Shown here piece by piece: positions 49,701 through 60,921 of a DNA stretch of 64,000 nt. How positions within the stretch are numbered: the first letter of the stretch is position 1; the number at the start of each line of letters is the position of its first letter. The stretch is from positions 381,014 to 445,013 of the forward strand of contig CAVPCQ010000006.1 in assembly GCA_963702425.1 (NCBI GenBank), given 5' to 3'. A program made the position numbers and the translations under genes. The DNA is from an uncultured Acidobacteriota bacterium. Lineage in GTDB: Bacteria; Acidobacteriota; Polarisedimenticolia; J045. The notes beneath the pieces were generated by a model that was given only the letters and a program-made list of their open reading frames with translations, was not told the origin of the DNA and did not search any database.

Positions 49701-52329
49701 GCGCATCCTGAATGTGTTCCTCAAGGACGGCGTCGCCGGCCAGGGAACGGGCGACGGCGATGGCTTTGCCGATCCGAATGAGCAGTTCGTCGTCGACGTG
49801 GTGGTCCGCAACGCGGCGAACTTCCCGATCGAGAACGTCAAGCTGACGCTCCAGAGCAGCAGCCCGTACATCCGAGACATCCGGGACAACACGATCCTCG
49901 TCGGCCGGCTGGAAAAGAACGGCGGCGGCGTGCCGGGCCAGTACGACACCTGCGACACCCGCTTGGGACGGAACCAGAACAACCAGGCGAGTCCCGTCTC
50001 CGGGGCGTGTCCTTCGACCGACCGTTTCGTCTTCACCGTGGTCGCCCCCGCGGGCCTGAGCCGCGCCAGCCTGGAGCAGGAGCTCTACTCGTCGTTCCTG
50101 ATCAACATCCAGGGGCTCGGCAAGGCCGAGGCCGGCTCGGATCTGACAGCCGACGTGCCGATCCTCGGCAGCTCCCTGCCGCAGACGTTCCGCGTGGCGC
50201 ACAACCTCGACAAGCCGACGGTGACTGCGGCGGCGAACGTGGTCGAGACCTTCGAGACCTTCGCTCGCGACAAGCAGTACACCGCCACCCAGAGCGCTTG
50301 CGGCACGACCTCCTCGAACAAGTGCCTGCTCAACTACTTCCGCCCGTTCAGCACGGGCGATCAAGCGACCGAGCTGGACGGTACCCACTGCCAGGTCCAG
50401 GATCCGGACAATCCGAACGGCACCACCACCGATCCGCTCGACTTCTGTCAGCTCGGCGCGGGCTACAACATCTCCGAGAAGCACTGGCACCTGCACGCTC
50501 CGGGCGCAGCCGGGGTCGGCGTGTGCGAGAACCGCGCCTGTGCCGACGGCGGCCGCTCGGTCAACGTCCTCAGCGCGAGCACCGGAAGGAAGAGCCTTTC
50601 GTCGTCCAACATCCTCGACGCCGGAACGGGCGTCGGCGCCGACGGCCTGACCACGGACTACAACCGGATGAACTGGGTCGAGTGGCACCGCGCCGGGACC
50701 CCGAGCGGAACCGCGAACACCTTCCAGTTGGGCTTCCCCGATCCGGCCAAGACGGTCACGAGCCCGCGGTTGCAGGGGCAGTTCACGGGCCCGGAACTCA
50801 CCTTCTGGACCCAGGTCTCGATCATGGACTCCCGCAACTTCCAGGGCGGCGGCGGGATCCAGGACGCGATCGACTGGACCTACGACGCGGCACGCGTCTA
50901 CGTCTGCGTCGACCTGGACCTGGACGGCACCGGGAGCGTCCACCCCAACGGCGAGTGCGACACCAAGGAGACCGGCGACCTGACCGGCAGGGAAAAGTGG
51001 GAGCCGCTCAAGGCCTGGTACACCCCGGAGACCAGCTACCGGCGAGTCGACAGCCGCGCCTGCATGTACGACCCGACGGACGATGGCAGCACCGAGTCCG
51101 ATTTCTTCGAGAACTCGGTCATCCGGGGGCCGTCTTCGACCTGCTCTCCGAACCTCAGCGACTCCTGCGTCGGCCGGACACGGGGCGACGACCCCTTGCA
51201 GGTCGTTCCGGTCGAACTGGGCGACGGCTGCTTCCCCGAAACCGGAGTCGAGCTCCAGGACGGCGTCAAGGGGCTCGCCGGAGGAACGGCGGTCGACTCC
51301 CTCTGGCTGCTCAAGCGCTACCGCCTCGACGAGTACGCCGGCCGGTCCGTCCTCTTCCGCTGGCACATCGCGCCCGGCGAGCTGCTCGGCCTAGAGAACG
51401 GCTTCGACTCCCTCGGAATATTCTCCGGCAACCGCGACGACGGCTGGTTCGTCGACGACATCCAGGTCAACGGACTCGCTGATCCGCTCACGCTGCTGGT
51501 CGACAACCTCGGCGAGACCGTCGCCCCGCCGGCCGCGACGGTCTGTACCGTCGGGGAGATCAACCCGGCCCTGGCCGCGATCCCCTACCCGACCTTCGAC
51601 CCCGACACCAACAAGACCCGTCCGGCCGCGGCCTGCTCGGATCCCGCGGCTGCGACCTGCGACTTCGACAGCAACGACACCGCGGATACCGCCTCCGATA
51701 CAACCGTGAGCGATGCCCCGCTGCGTCCATTCCAACTCACGGGGATCACGACCCCCGCTGCGACCTGCGTCGGCGGCGAGATCGAGTACAGGTTCCGCGA
51801 CCAGTTCGGCGCCATCCTCAGCGACTGGAGCGTGAGCCCGCAGACCAACGCCGGGAACCTGATCGTCACGCCGGCGGTCTCCACCGACTATTTCCTCGAC
51901 GTGCGCTGCTCCGCGAGCCCTACGGTGTGCCTCCAGACCGACTCGATCAGCATTGCTTTCGATCTCAAGGTCACGTTCCAGAGCAACACGAGGCTCGTGT
52001 GGTCGGGCCCCGGCCCGTTCGACACGACGAAGGGCAATGTCTCCGATATTCGGCCGCCATGCCCTGGGCTTTGCGACGGGACACCGGGCAACGTGCCCCC
52101 GGGAGGCATCTTCTCCGCCGCGACCTGCATCGACAACAATGGAACTGACTCTCAGACCGACGACACGATCAGCCCCAGCCCGGGCACAGCGTTCTACTAC
52201 CTCGTCCGGCTGTCGAACCCGGCCGCCACTCTCGGCACCTGGAATGACAAGCCCGATGCTCAGAGCTTCCCCTCGCCTGGGCGCCAGTGGAAGGATCGCG
52301 ACCTGACGCTCAACGCCTGCACTCCCTGA
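43716..52329 (+). CDS. giant (~2870 aa) secreted S8 subtilase, Cys/Asp-rich; one +1 frameshift near 46731-46737
   Basis: GGAGGAGG RBS, signal peptide, VLDSG / THG / AAGNDG / GTSFAAP; coding-like sequence switches from the 43716 frame to the 46534 frame at NCSP|DVISART. Confidence 0.85.
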
Positions 52330-52352
52330 CCAGACGCTGATCGTGACCAACG

Positions 52353-52391
52353 CCGGGGGCGCCCCATCCAAGGGGCGCCCCCGGGCAATTT
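52353..52391 (+). terminator. terminator-like hairpin after the protease gene
   Basis: 13-bp stem CCGGGGGCGCCCC / GGGGCGCCCCCGG; weak T tail. Confidence 0.6.
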
Positions 52392-52569
52392 CGGGGACCG
52401 CCGAGGGCAAACGGGGTGCTCCGGCCAAGGCTCGGTTCGTGCGGCCCCGCCATGGCCGAGACACATCTATCGGACGCGGACCTTGCAGGTGCAACTTGCT
52501 ATCCGATTCCGCGCCGCTTCGCGGAGCAGTTGGCGCGGGTCGAGCGGGAATTGATCCGCAGTCCGCTCG

Positions 52570-52825
52570 GAGGGCTGTCGCACCGAGCTCTGGACGTTCC
52601 CACGCCAATGCGTCAACTCAGCACGAACGCGCGAAATACCTGCCGCCCGAAGTCCGACCAGAGCGACCATGACCGCTTCACCGTGATCACCACGCCGCAG
52701 CCCAAGTAGCAGCACGCACTCCGACTGTTCGAGCAGATCCGCGCGTAGACGACAAGTGGACCCGCCGCCTGACGGAACGCCCCACCCTGGCCGGGTTTCC
52801 GCTCTTCAGCCTCTGGAACTTCGGG
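52570..52825 (+). pseudogene. degraded IS1634-family transposase C-terminus and probable right end
   Basis: LSTNARNTCR...FTVITTPQPK*QHALRLFEQIRA* resembles IS1634 C-termini; ends GGAACTTCGG. Confidence 0.6.
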
Positions 52826-52931
52826 CTTGACCCCGCGCAGGAGGCCGAGCCCGGCCCCGCCGTCATCCTCGAGGGCGTGTCCGAACTTCCCCCGGTGCGC
52901 TACCTGCGACGAGACGCAGGTCCGCGCTGTT

Positions 52932-53354
52932 TCACGCGCACGTCTCCAGAGCCGCGAAGAAGTAGCCCGTCTCGAAGGCCGCCGTCTCCACCGCGTCCGA
53001 CCCGTGAAACCCGTTCGCCTGAATGCTCGTCCCGAACCGCCTCCGCAGCGTCCCCTCCTCCGCCTTGCCCGGGTCGGTCGCCCCGAGCAGACGCCGCCAG
53101 GTCGCGATCGCGTCCGGGCCCTCGAGGACCATGGCCACGATCGGCCCCTCGCTCATGAAGGCCGTCAGGTCGGCGAAGAAGGGGCGGGCCCGGTGGACGG
53201 CGTAGAACCCTTCGGCCTGGGCTTTGGTCAGGTGCAGGCGCTTGATCGCGATCGGGCGCAGCCCGGCTTCCTCGGCGCTACGGATCGCCTCGCCGACGGC
53301 ACCCTTGCGGGTCGCGTCCGGTTTTGCGATCGCCAGCGTTCTTTCGATGGCCAT
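52932..53354 (-). CDS. ndk: nucleoside diphosphate kinase
   Basis: ERTLAIAKPDA, FYAVH, NGFHGSD. Confidence 0.96.
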   Translation of the reverse strand: MAIERTLAIAKPDATRKGAVGEAIRSAEEAGLRPIAIKRLHLTKAQAEGFYAVHRARPFFADLTAFMSEGPIVAMVLEGPDAIATWRRLLGATDPGKAEEGTLRRRFGTSIQANGFHGSDAVETAAFETGYFFAALETCA

Positions 53355-53489
53355 CTGTGTCGTCCCTTCCAGCGCGCCGAGGCGCCTCTCGGCGCGGCAC
53401 GGATCTCGGTCTAAGTTCTTTCCCATCAGCCTCTTGCAGCGGAACGACGATCCCCTTCGGGGCTCGTCTCGAGCGTCGCGCCGGCCTTG

Positions 53490-54364
53490 TCAGGCCCGCC
53501 CGAGCAGGCGTGCAACGGTCACCCCGATTTCGGCCGGCGAATCCACGACGGCGATCCCCGCCGCCCGGAGCGCTGCCTTCTTTTCGGCCGCGGTTCCCTT
53601 CCCGCCGCTGATGATCGCCCCCGCGTGGCCCATCCTCCGGCCCGGGGGAGCCGTCGCACCAGCGATGAAGGCCACGACCGGCTTGGACATGTGGGCCTGA
53701 ATCCAGGACGCCGCGTCCTCCTCCGCCGTCCCACCGATCTCGCCGATCAGAACCAGCGCCTCGGTCTGCACGTCGGCCTCGTAGAGCGGGAGCAGCGAGG
53801 TGAACGGCGAGCCGATGATCGGGTCGCCGCCGATGCCGATCGCGGTGCTCTGACCGAGGCCGATCTTCGTCAGCTGGTCCACCGCTTCGTACGTCAGCGT
53901 GCCGGAGCGCGAGAGCACCCCGACCGTGCCGGGGGTGAAGATCGACGCCGGCATGATCCCGATCTTGCACCGGCCGGGAGTGATGATCCCCGGGCAGTTC
54001 GGCCCGATCAGCCGGGTCCGGCCCGACTCCCCGATCGCGTTCTTGACGCGCAGCATGTCGAGGACCGGGATCCCCTCGGTGATCGCGACGATCAGCGGGA
54101 CGCCGGCGTCGACCGACTCCAGGATGGCGTCGGCCGCGAACGCCTGCGGGACGAAGATCGCCGACGCATTGGCGCCGGTGGCCTTCACCGCCTCCGCGAC
54201 GGTGTCGAAGACCGGGATCCCCTCGTGCTTCGTCGCCCCCTTGCCGGGGGTCACGCCGGCGACGACACGGGTCCCCGCCTCGACCATCTGCCGCGTGTGG
54301 AACGAGCCCTCTCCGCCCGTCATCCCCTGCACGACGACCCGGGTGGCCGCATCGACGAGGATGC

Positions 54365-54368
<4 letters not shown>
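53490..54368 (-). CDS. sucD: succinyl-CoA synthetase alpha subunit
   Basis: [23 protein letters not shown]. Confidence 0.97.
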
Positions 54369-55534
<1,166 letters not shown>

Positions 55535-55620
55535 GGGAACTCCTCCCTGACCGGGCCGGCGAGCGGCCGGACGACATTGAGATGGCGGGGAACTGCGAGC
55601 GGACTTACCAAAGGGTCATG

Positions 55621-56436
55621 CTAGTCGGACGGCCGCGCCCGAGCAAGCGGCCGCGCCGGAGGAAGGCCGGGCCGCGCGGTCTCGCGGCGGGTCCGGACCG
55701 CGGCGTCGGCCGCGGTGCGCGCGAGCCCGGGGAGTCCGGCCCGCTGGGCGCGCTCCGCCAACCCCGCGAAGCGCCGCATGCGCGCCGCGCGCCCCTGGCC
55801 ACCGATCTCGACGCGAAGCAGCTCCAACCGCAGCGCGAGGGCCTCGTCCACCGGCTCGGGCCAATCCGCCGTCCGGAGCTCAGCCAGCCAGGCGCGAGCC
55901 AGTTCGCGGTGGCCCTCGGCGAGCACCGTTTCCGCCAGCACCACGCGGGCCTCGCGCGCGAAGCGGGGATGGCGCGGACGGTCGAGCACCCGCTGCGCCA
56001 CCGCAGCCGCCAGCCCCCCCCATCCGATCGCGGCGAGCGACGAGGCCAGCACCAGCAGGTAGTCCTGGGCGGCCGCGCCCGCGGCACCGCGGGCCGCCCG
56101 CTCGGCGTGCGCGATCGCGGACTCGTGGCGCCCCGCCGCCGCCCAGGCCCGGATCTCGTGCGCCCCGGGAGGCTGACCGCCCGCCTCCCCTTCCGCCCCG
56201 GCCAGCACGTCCTCGAGGCGCGGCGCCAGCAGGATCCAGTCGGCGATCTCGCGCGGGGACACGTCGAGCGCGCGCGCGAGCGCCGGCAGACGCGCGAGCG
56301 TCGGCAGGCGGTCGCCGCACTCGAAGTCGGCGAGCAGCGTCGGCGTGAGGGGCGCCGGAGGGACCGCACCCGCCCGAACCGCCGCCCGGCGCGAGAGTCC
56401 GAGCCGGGCGCGGCGCGCACGGATCCAGTCACCCAT
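55621..56436 (-). CDS. XRE-family HTH protein with helical (TPR-like) C-terminus
   Basis: IRARRARLGLS...LADFECGDRLPTL...LARALDV. Confidence 0.6.
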   Translation of the reverse strand: MGDWIRARRARLGLSRRAAVRAGAVPPAPLTPTLLADFECGDRLPTLARLPALARALDVSPREIADWILLAPRLEDVLAGAEGEAGGQPPGAHEIRAWAAAGRHESAIAHAERAARGAAGAAAQDYLLVLASSLAAIGWGGLAAAVAQRVLDRPRHPRFAREARVVLAETVLAEGHRELARAWLAELRTADWPEPVDEALALRLELLRVEIGGQGRAARMRRFAGLAERAQRAGLPGLARTAADAAVRTRRETARPGLPPARPLARARPSD

Positions 56437-56533
56437 CCAGAGGGCCCCCCGGGGCCTCGGGGGCATCTTCCCTCCTGCCGACTTTTTACGCCGGTCTCGC
56501 CCAAATGAAAAGGGCCCCGTAACATCCCCCGCG

Positions 56534-58024
56534 ATGCGTCATCCACCCGCGCACGCCTGCCTCGCAGCTTTCCTCCTCGCGTCGTCGATCGCGGGCCTCG
56601 CCGCACACGCCGCCGGAACGAAGGTCCCGCACGTCAGCGGCCCGCCGGGATTCGCGGCTGCGCCCGTCCTACCGACGGTGGTAGCCGCCACGATCGACTC
56701 GGTCGGCCGCGCAGAGGTCGGCGTCCACGCCGTCTGGTCCGAATCGGGCGCTCCGCTGGCGTCGCACGCCGCGAACCGGCCGATGGTGCCGGCCTCGACG
56801 ATGAAGATCCTCTCCAGCGCCTGCGCGCTCGAGATGCTCGGTCCCGCCTTCCGGTTCCGGACCGCGTTTCTCGCCGACGCCGCGCCCGACGCCGCAGGGA
56901 CGCTGCGCGGCGCGCTCTACGTGCGCGGCGCCGGCGACCCGGCGCTCGACGCCGAGCGGCTCTGGGCGGCGGTCCGCGAGCTGGCCGCGCTCGGGGTCAG
57001 GCGCATCGCCGGAGATGTCGTCGTCGACGAGTCGCTCTTCGAGGCTCCCGGGTGGCCCGCGAGCTGGCCCGACGACATGCGGCCGAGCCCGTACAACGCC
57101 CCGCAGGGCGCGCTCTCGCTGGCCTGGGACGCGACCGAGATCGTGGTCCTCCCCGGCGCAGGCCACGGCTTGCCCGCCCGCGTCTCCTCCTCGCCCCTGC
57201 GGGCCGCCGCACCGGTCGTGAACCGCGCGACCACCGGCCTGGCGACCGATCTCGCGGTGTTTCTCCAGGACGGTTCCGACGGCCGCGCGCAGGTGGTCGT
57301 CCACGGGACGATCGCGGCCGGCAGTTCGCCGTACCGGACCTGGATCCACCTCGGCCCGCCGGGTCTCGCGGTGAGCAATGCGCTCGCCGAGCTGCTGCGC
57401 GAGGCGGGGATCGCGGTCGGCGGCCGCGCGCGCACCGGCCGTGCGCCGGCCGGCGCCGTGCTGCTGCTGGAGCACGAGAGCCCGGCGCTCGGCGAGATCG
57501 TCGCCGGCGTCAACAAGCCCTCCTCCAATTTCGGCGCAGAGATGCTGACGCGCGCGCTCGACGCCTACACCGGCGGCCCGCCCGGGTCCACCGCGGGGGG
57601 CACTCGACGGATCGCCGCCTGCCTCGAGGAGTGGGCGGTAACGGCCGACGGCGTGGTCCTCGCCGACGGCTCCGGCTACGGCAAGGCGAATCGCCTGACC
57701 GCCGAAACGCTCGTCGGCGTCCTGCTCGCCGCCCGGCGCGCGCCCGCCTGGCGGGCGGAGTTCGAGGCCTCGCTCGCGCGCGCCGGCGAGGATGGATCGC
57801 TGAGGAACCGCCTCTCGGACCTGCGCGGCCGGGTGCGCGCCAAGACCGGCACCCTGAACGGCGTCTCGGCTCTCGCGGGCTACGCCGTCGACCGGCAGGG
57901 ACGCGAGCTCGCGTTCGCGATCCTCGTCAACGGCCCGGGGGCGGGCCCGGACGACGTCGATCGCGTTCTACGCTCGCTGCTCGCAGCGTCCGACAGGCTG
58001 CCGCGCACCGGGAAGACCTCGTGA
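56534..58024 (+). CDS. dacB: D-Ala-D-Ala carboxypeptidase/endopeptidase (PBP4, S13)
   Basis: PASTMK, SSN, DGSG, AKTGTL. Confidence 0.93.
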   Translation: MRHPPAHACLAAFLLASSIAGLAAHAAGTKVPHVSGPPGFAAAPVLPTVVAATIDSVGRAEVGVHAVWSESGAPLASHAANRPMVPASTMKILSSACALEMLGPAFRFRTAFLADAAPDAAGTLRGALYVRGAGDPALDAERLWAAVRELAALGVRRIAGDVVVDESLFEAPGWPASWPDDMRPSPYNAPQGALSLAWDATEIVVLPGAGHGLPARVSSSPLRAAAPVVNRATTGLATDLAVFLQDGSDGRAQVVVHGTIAAGSSPYRTWIHLGPPGLAVSNALAELLREAGIAVGGRARTGRAPAGAVLLLEHESPALGEIVAGVNKPSSNFGAEMLTRALDAYTGGPPGSTAGGTRRIAACLEEWAVTADGVVLADGSGYGKANRLTAETLVGVLLAARRAPAWRAEFEASLARAGEDGSLRNRLSDLRGRVRAKTGTLNGVSALAGYAVDRQGRELAFAILVNGPGAGPDDVDRVLRSLLAASDRLPRTGKTS

Positions 58025-58188
58025 CGCGCTGCGCCGCGTGCGGCGCGCCCGCGCGCGTCCGGCCCGAGGAACCCTACTGCAGCGAGCGCTGCCGTCACCT
58101 CGCACGCTGGCGGATCCTCGTCGCGGCGGCGGGAGCGCTGCTCATGATCCTCCTCGGGACCCTCGGAGCGCTCGGGATCTTCGGCTAG
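58021..58188 (+). CDS. 55-aa Zn-ribbon + TM protein (DUF2116-like)
   Basis: CAAC...YCSERC followed by a hydrophobic helix; GTGA coupling to dacB. Confidence 0.65.
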   Translation: MTRCAACGAPARVRPEEPYCSERCRHLARWRILVAAAGALLMILLGTLGALGIFG

Positions 58189-58197
58189 GCCGGGACG

Positions 58198-60825
58198 CTA
58201 GAACGGCAGCCCGATCGAGAACTGGAACTGGCTGGTCTGGTCGAACGGCGCCTCCTTCACCGGCCAGCCGTAGATCAGCCGGATCGGGGCCTGGAAGACC
58301 GGCAGGAAGATCCGGAACTCGAATCCCGTCGAGGCCCGGGCGTCGTCCCAGTTGATGTCGACGCCGTTGTCGTAGGAGCCGCCGGTGTCGAAGAACGCGA
58401 CGAGCGTCGCGGTCTTGCCGATCAGCAGGCCCGCCTCGAGCTGCACCAGCGCCATCTTGCTGCCGCCGACCTGGACCAGCGCGACCTGCGGGTTGCCCCC
58501 GGGGCCGATGATCGGGTTGCCGTTCTGGTCGAGCTGCACGATGAAACGCACCGGCGAGATCGTCCGGGTCTCGAAGATCCGCGGCCCGATGGTGTCGCCG
58601 CCGATGAAGTAGCGCTGGAACCGCGGCACGCCGTCGACGTACCCCGGCGCGCGCTCGACGTCGCGGAACGGCCAGATCCAGGCCACCTCGGCGTGAGCGG
58701 CGGCAAAGAAGCGCAGCCCGAACGGCCGGTAGATCGTGCCCGTCAGGCGCGGCTTGAAGTAGTCGAGATCGCTGCCCAGCGCCTGCAGCGAGATCGTCGG
58801 CAGGACACTCAGCTCGTAGCCGTAGGTCGGCCGCAGGTAGTTGTTGACGCGCTTGTAGCTGAAGACGGGAGTGAGGTTCGACAGGATGGTCTGGGTCGTG
58901 GCGAACTGGGCCGAGATGTCGATCGTGCTGGCCTCGACCTGCTCGTAGGACCAGATCAGCGAGACCTGCGTGAAGTCGCCCAGCCGCCGGCCGACCGTGA
59001 CCGATCCCCCGGTCCCGGCCTGGTTGAGGTTCTGGGTGTTCCCCTGGATATCGCGCGCGACGCCGAAGTCGTAACTGCGCCGGAAGATCGACACGCCGAG
59101 CGTGATCGGCTTGCCGAACAGCCAGGGCTCGACGAAGTTGAGCGCCGCCTGGTTCGAGCGGCCGCCGATCGACAGGTTGAGGCCGAGCGTCTCGCCGCGG
59201 CCGAGGAAGTTGCGGGTCTGGTAGCTCGCGAGAAAGAACGCGCCCTCGAGCTCGCTGTAGCCGCCGCCGACCTGGATCTCGTTCCGCGACTGTTCCTCGC
59301 CGCGCACGATCAGGTCGACCTGGTCGGTGCCCTCCACCGGGGCCAGCGTCGGCTCCTCGGCCGGCACCCAGAAGCCCAGCTGCTGGATCTTCTGCGTCGA
59401 GCGGTCGAGCAGCGAGCGGTCCAGGATGTCGCCCTCGGCGAGGTTGAACTCGCGGCGCAGGACCTCGTCGTTGGTCGTCGTGTTCCCCGAGAACTCGAGC
59501 CGGTGCACCGTGTAGGCCCGGTCCTCGTCGATCGTGATCACGACGTCGGCGACCTGCTCGCCCTCCTTGCGCTCGATGCGGCGCGTCACCGCGACGTAGA
59601 CGTAGCCGCGCCGGCCGTAGATGTTCCGGATGACCCGCATCCCGCCCTCGATCGCGCTGTCCGAGAGGACCGCGCCGTCGGGGAGAGGGATCGTGGTCCG
59701 CAGCGTGTCGGAGGTGAAGACGGTGTTCCCCTCGAAGCTGATCTTGCCGAGCGTGTAGACCGGCCCTTCGACGATCGGGACCGTGACGAAGGCCCACTTC
59801 TTGACCTTCGCGGCCTTTTCGGCCGCGGCCGCGGCCTGTTCCTCCTCGCGGCGCTTCTCCTCGTCGGAGGCGACGAGCTGCGATCCGGCGTCGGGCGCGG
59901 GGGCAGGCTGGGACTCGGGCGCGGGTCCCGCCGTCGCGGGGATCCCCTGGCCCGCGAGCATCGCGACCGCGTCCTGCGTCGCCTGTTCGTCCGCCTGCCC
60001 CTTAGTGGACCGGACCTCGACGATCGGCGGGCGCACGTCGACGTCGAGGTACCCGCGGTCGCGGTAGTACTGGAGGATGTTGTTGACGTCCTGCTGGAAC
60101 TTCAGCGGGTGATAGAGCGACTTCTTGCCCCATGGGTAATAGAACTGGTACTCACCGGTGAGCTTCAGCTGCTTCTTGAGGGCGGCGTCGGAGTAGTGGT
60201 CGTTCCCGGTGAACTCGAGGTCCTTGATCTGCGTCTTTCCGCCGGGCACGATCTTGAAGGTGATGCTCCGCGAGCTGGCCGAGACCTCCTTGACCTGCGG
60301 GTCGACCTTGGCGTCGAGGTAGCCTTTCGTCCCGAGCAGTTCCTTGATCAGCTGCTGCGCCTTCCAGACCCGTTTCCGGTCCAGCGGAGTCCCGACCGTG
60401 AACGTGAAGCTGCGCTCCTTGAAGTAGTCCTCGATCTGCTGCTGGGTGACGACCTTGTTCTTCGAGTACGAGACGGACAGCACGGTCGGGCGGTCCTTGA
60501 TCTCCACGACGAGGATCGCGCCGTCCGGCTCGCAGCGCCGGAAGAAACGCAGGTCCGAGAAGTAGCCGCGAGCCCAGAAGCGCCGGAACTCCTGATCGAT
60601 CCGCGCCTGGTCCCAGGGATCGCCGGGCTTGATCCCGAGATCGAAGCGGACCGCGTCCGCGCTCATCTTCTGGCTGCCGCGGACCTCGACCGCGTGAATG
60701 GTGGCGCACGACGCGGGGACGTCGTCGAGGACGGGCGGCTCCTGGGCGAGCACCGAGCCCGCCGCGAGCACACCGACCATCGTCAGCGCCGCAGCGGCGC
60801 CCCCGATCACCCGTCCGATCCTCAT
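58198..60825 (-). CDS. bamA: outer membrane protein assembly factor BamA
   Basis: five POTRA-like domains, NFLGRGE, beta-barrel ending FQFSIGLPF. Confidence 0.93.
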   Translation of the reverse strand: MRIGRVIGGAAAALTMVGVLAAGSVLAQEPPVLDDVPASCATIHAVEVRGSQKMSADAVRFDLGIKPGDPWDQARIDQEFRRFWARGYFSDLRFFRRCEPDGAILVVEIKDRPTVLSVSYSKNKVVTQQQIEDYFKERSFTFTVGTPLDRKRVWKAQQLIKELLGTKGYLDAKVDPQVKEVSASSRSITFKIVPGGKTQIKDLEFTGNDHYSDAALKKQLKLTGEYQFYYPWGKKSLYHPLKFQQDVNNILQYYRDRGYLDVDVRPPIVEVRSTKGQADEQATQDAVAMLAGQGIPATAGPAPESQPAPAPDAGSQLVASDEEKRREEEQAAAAAEKAAKVKKWAFVTVPIVEGPVYTLGKISFEGNTVFTSDTLRTTIPLPDGAVLSDSAIEGGMRVIRNIYGRRGYVYVAVTRRIERKEGEQVADVVITIDEDRAYTVHRLEFSGNTTTNDEVLRREFNLAEGDILDRSLLDRSTQKIQQLGFWVPAEEPTLAPVEGTDQVDLIVRGEEQSRNEIQVGGGYSELEGAFFLASYQTRNFLGRGETLGLNLSIGGRSNQAALNFVEPWLFGKPITLGVSIFRRSYDFGVARDIQGNTQNLNQAGTGGSVTVGRRLGDFTQVSLIWSYEQVEASTIDISAQFATTQTILSNLTPVFSYKRVNNYLRPTYGYELSVLPTISLQALGSDLDYFKPRLTGTIYRPFGLRFFAAAHAEVAWIWPFRDVERAPGYVDGVPRFQRYFIGGDTIGPRIFETRTISPVRFIVQLDQNGNPIIGPGGNPQVALVQVGGSKMALVQLEAGLLIGKTATLVAFFDTGGSYDNGVDINWDDARASTGFEFRIFLPVFQAPIRLIYGWPVKEAPFDQTSQFQFSIGLPF

Positions 60826-60921
60826 CGCGGCGCCAAGCCTAGCGTCGATCGGCACCGAATTCACCTCGGCCGCGGGCGCTGCACCGGACCGCGGGTCGCT
60901 CCCCCCGGCGGCGACCCATCC

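Noticed and set aside
46738-52329. independent second gene starting at GTG 46738
   Set aside because: No RBS or signal peptide; the sequence continues seamlessly from the upstream frame.
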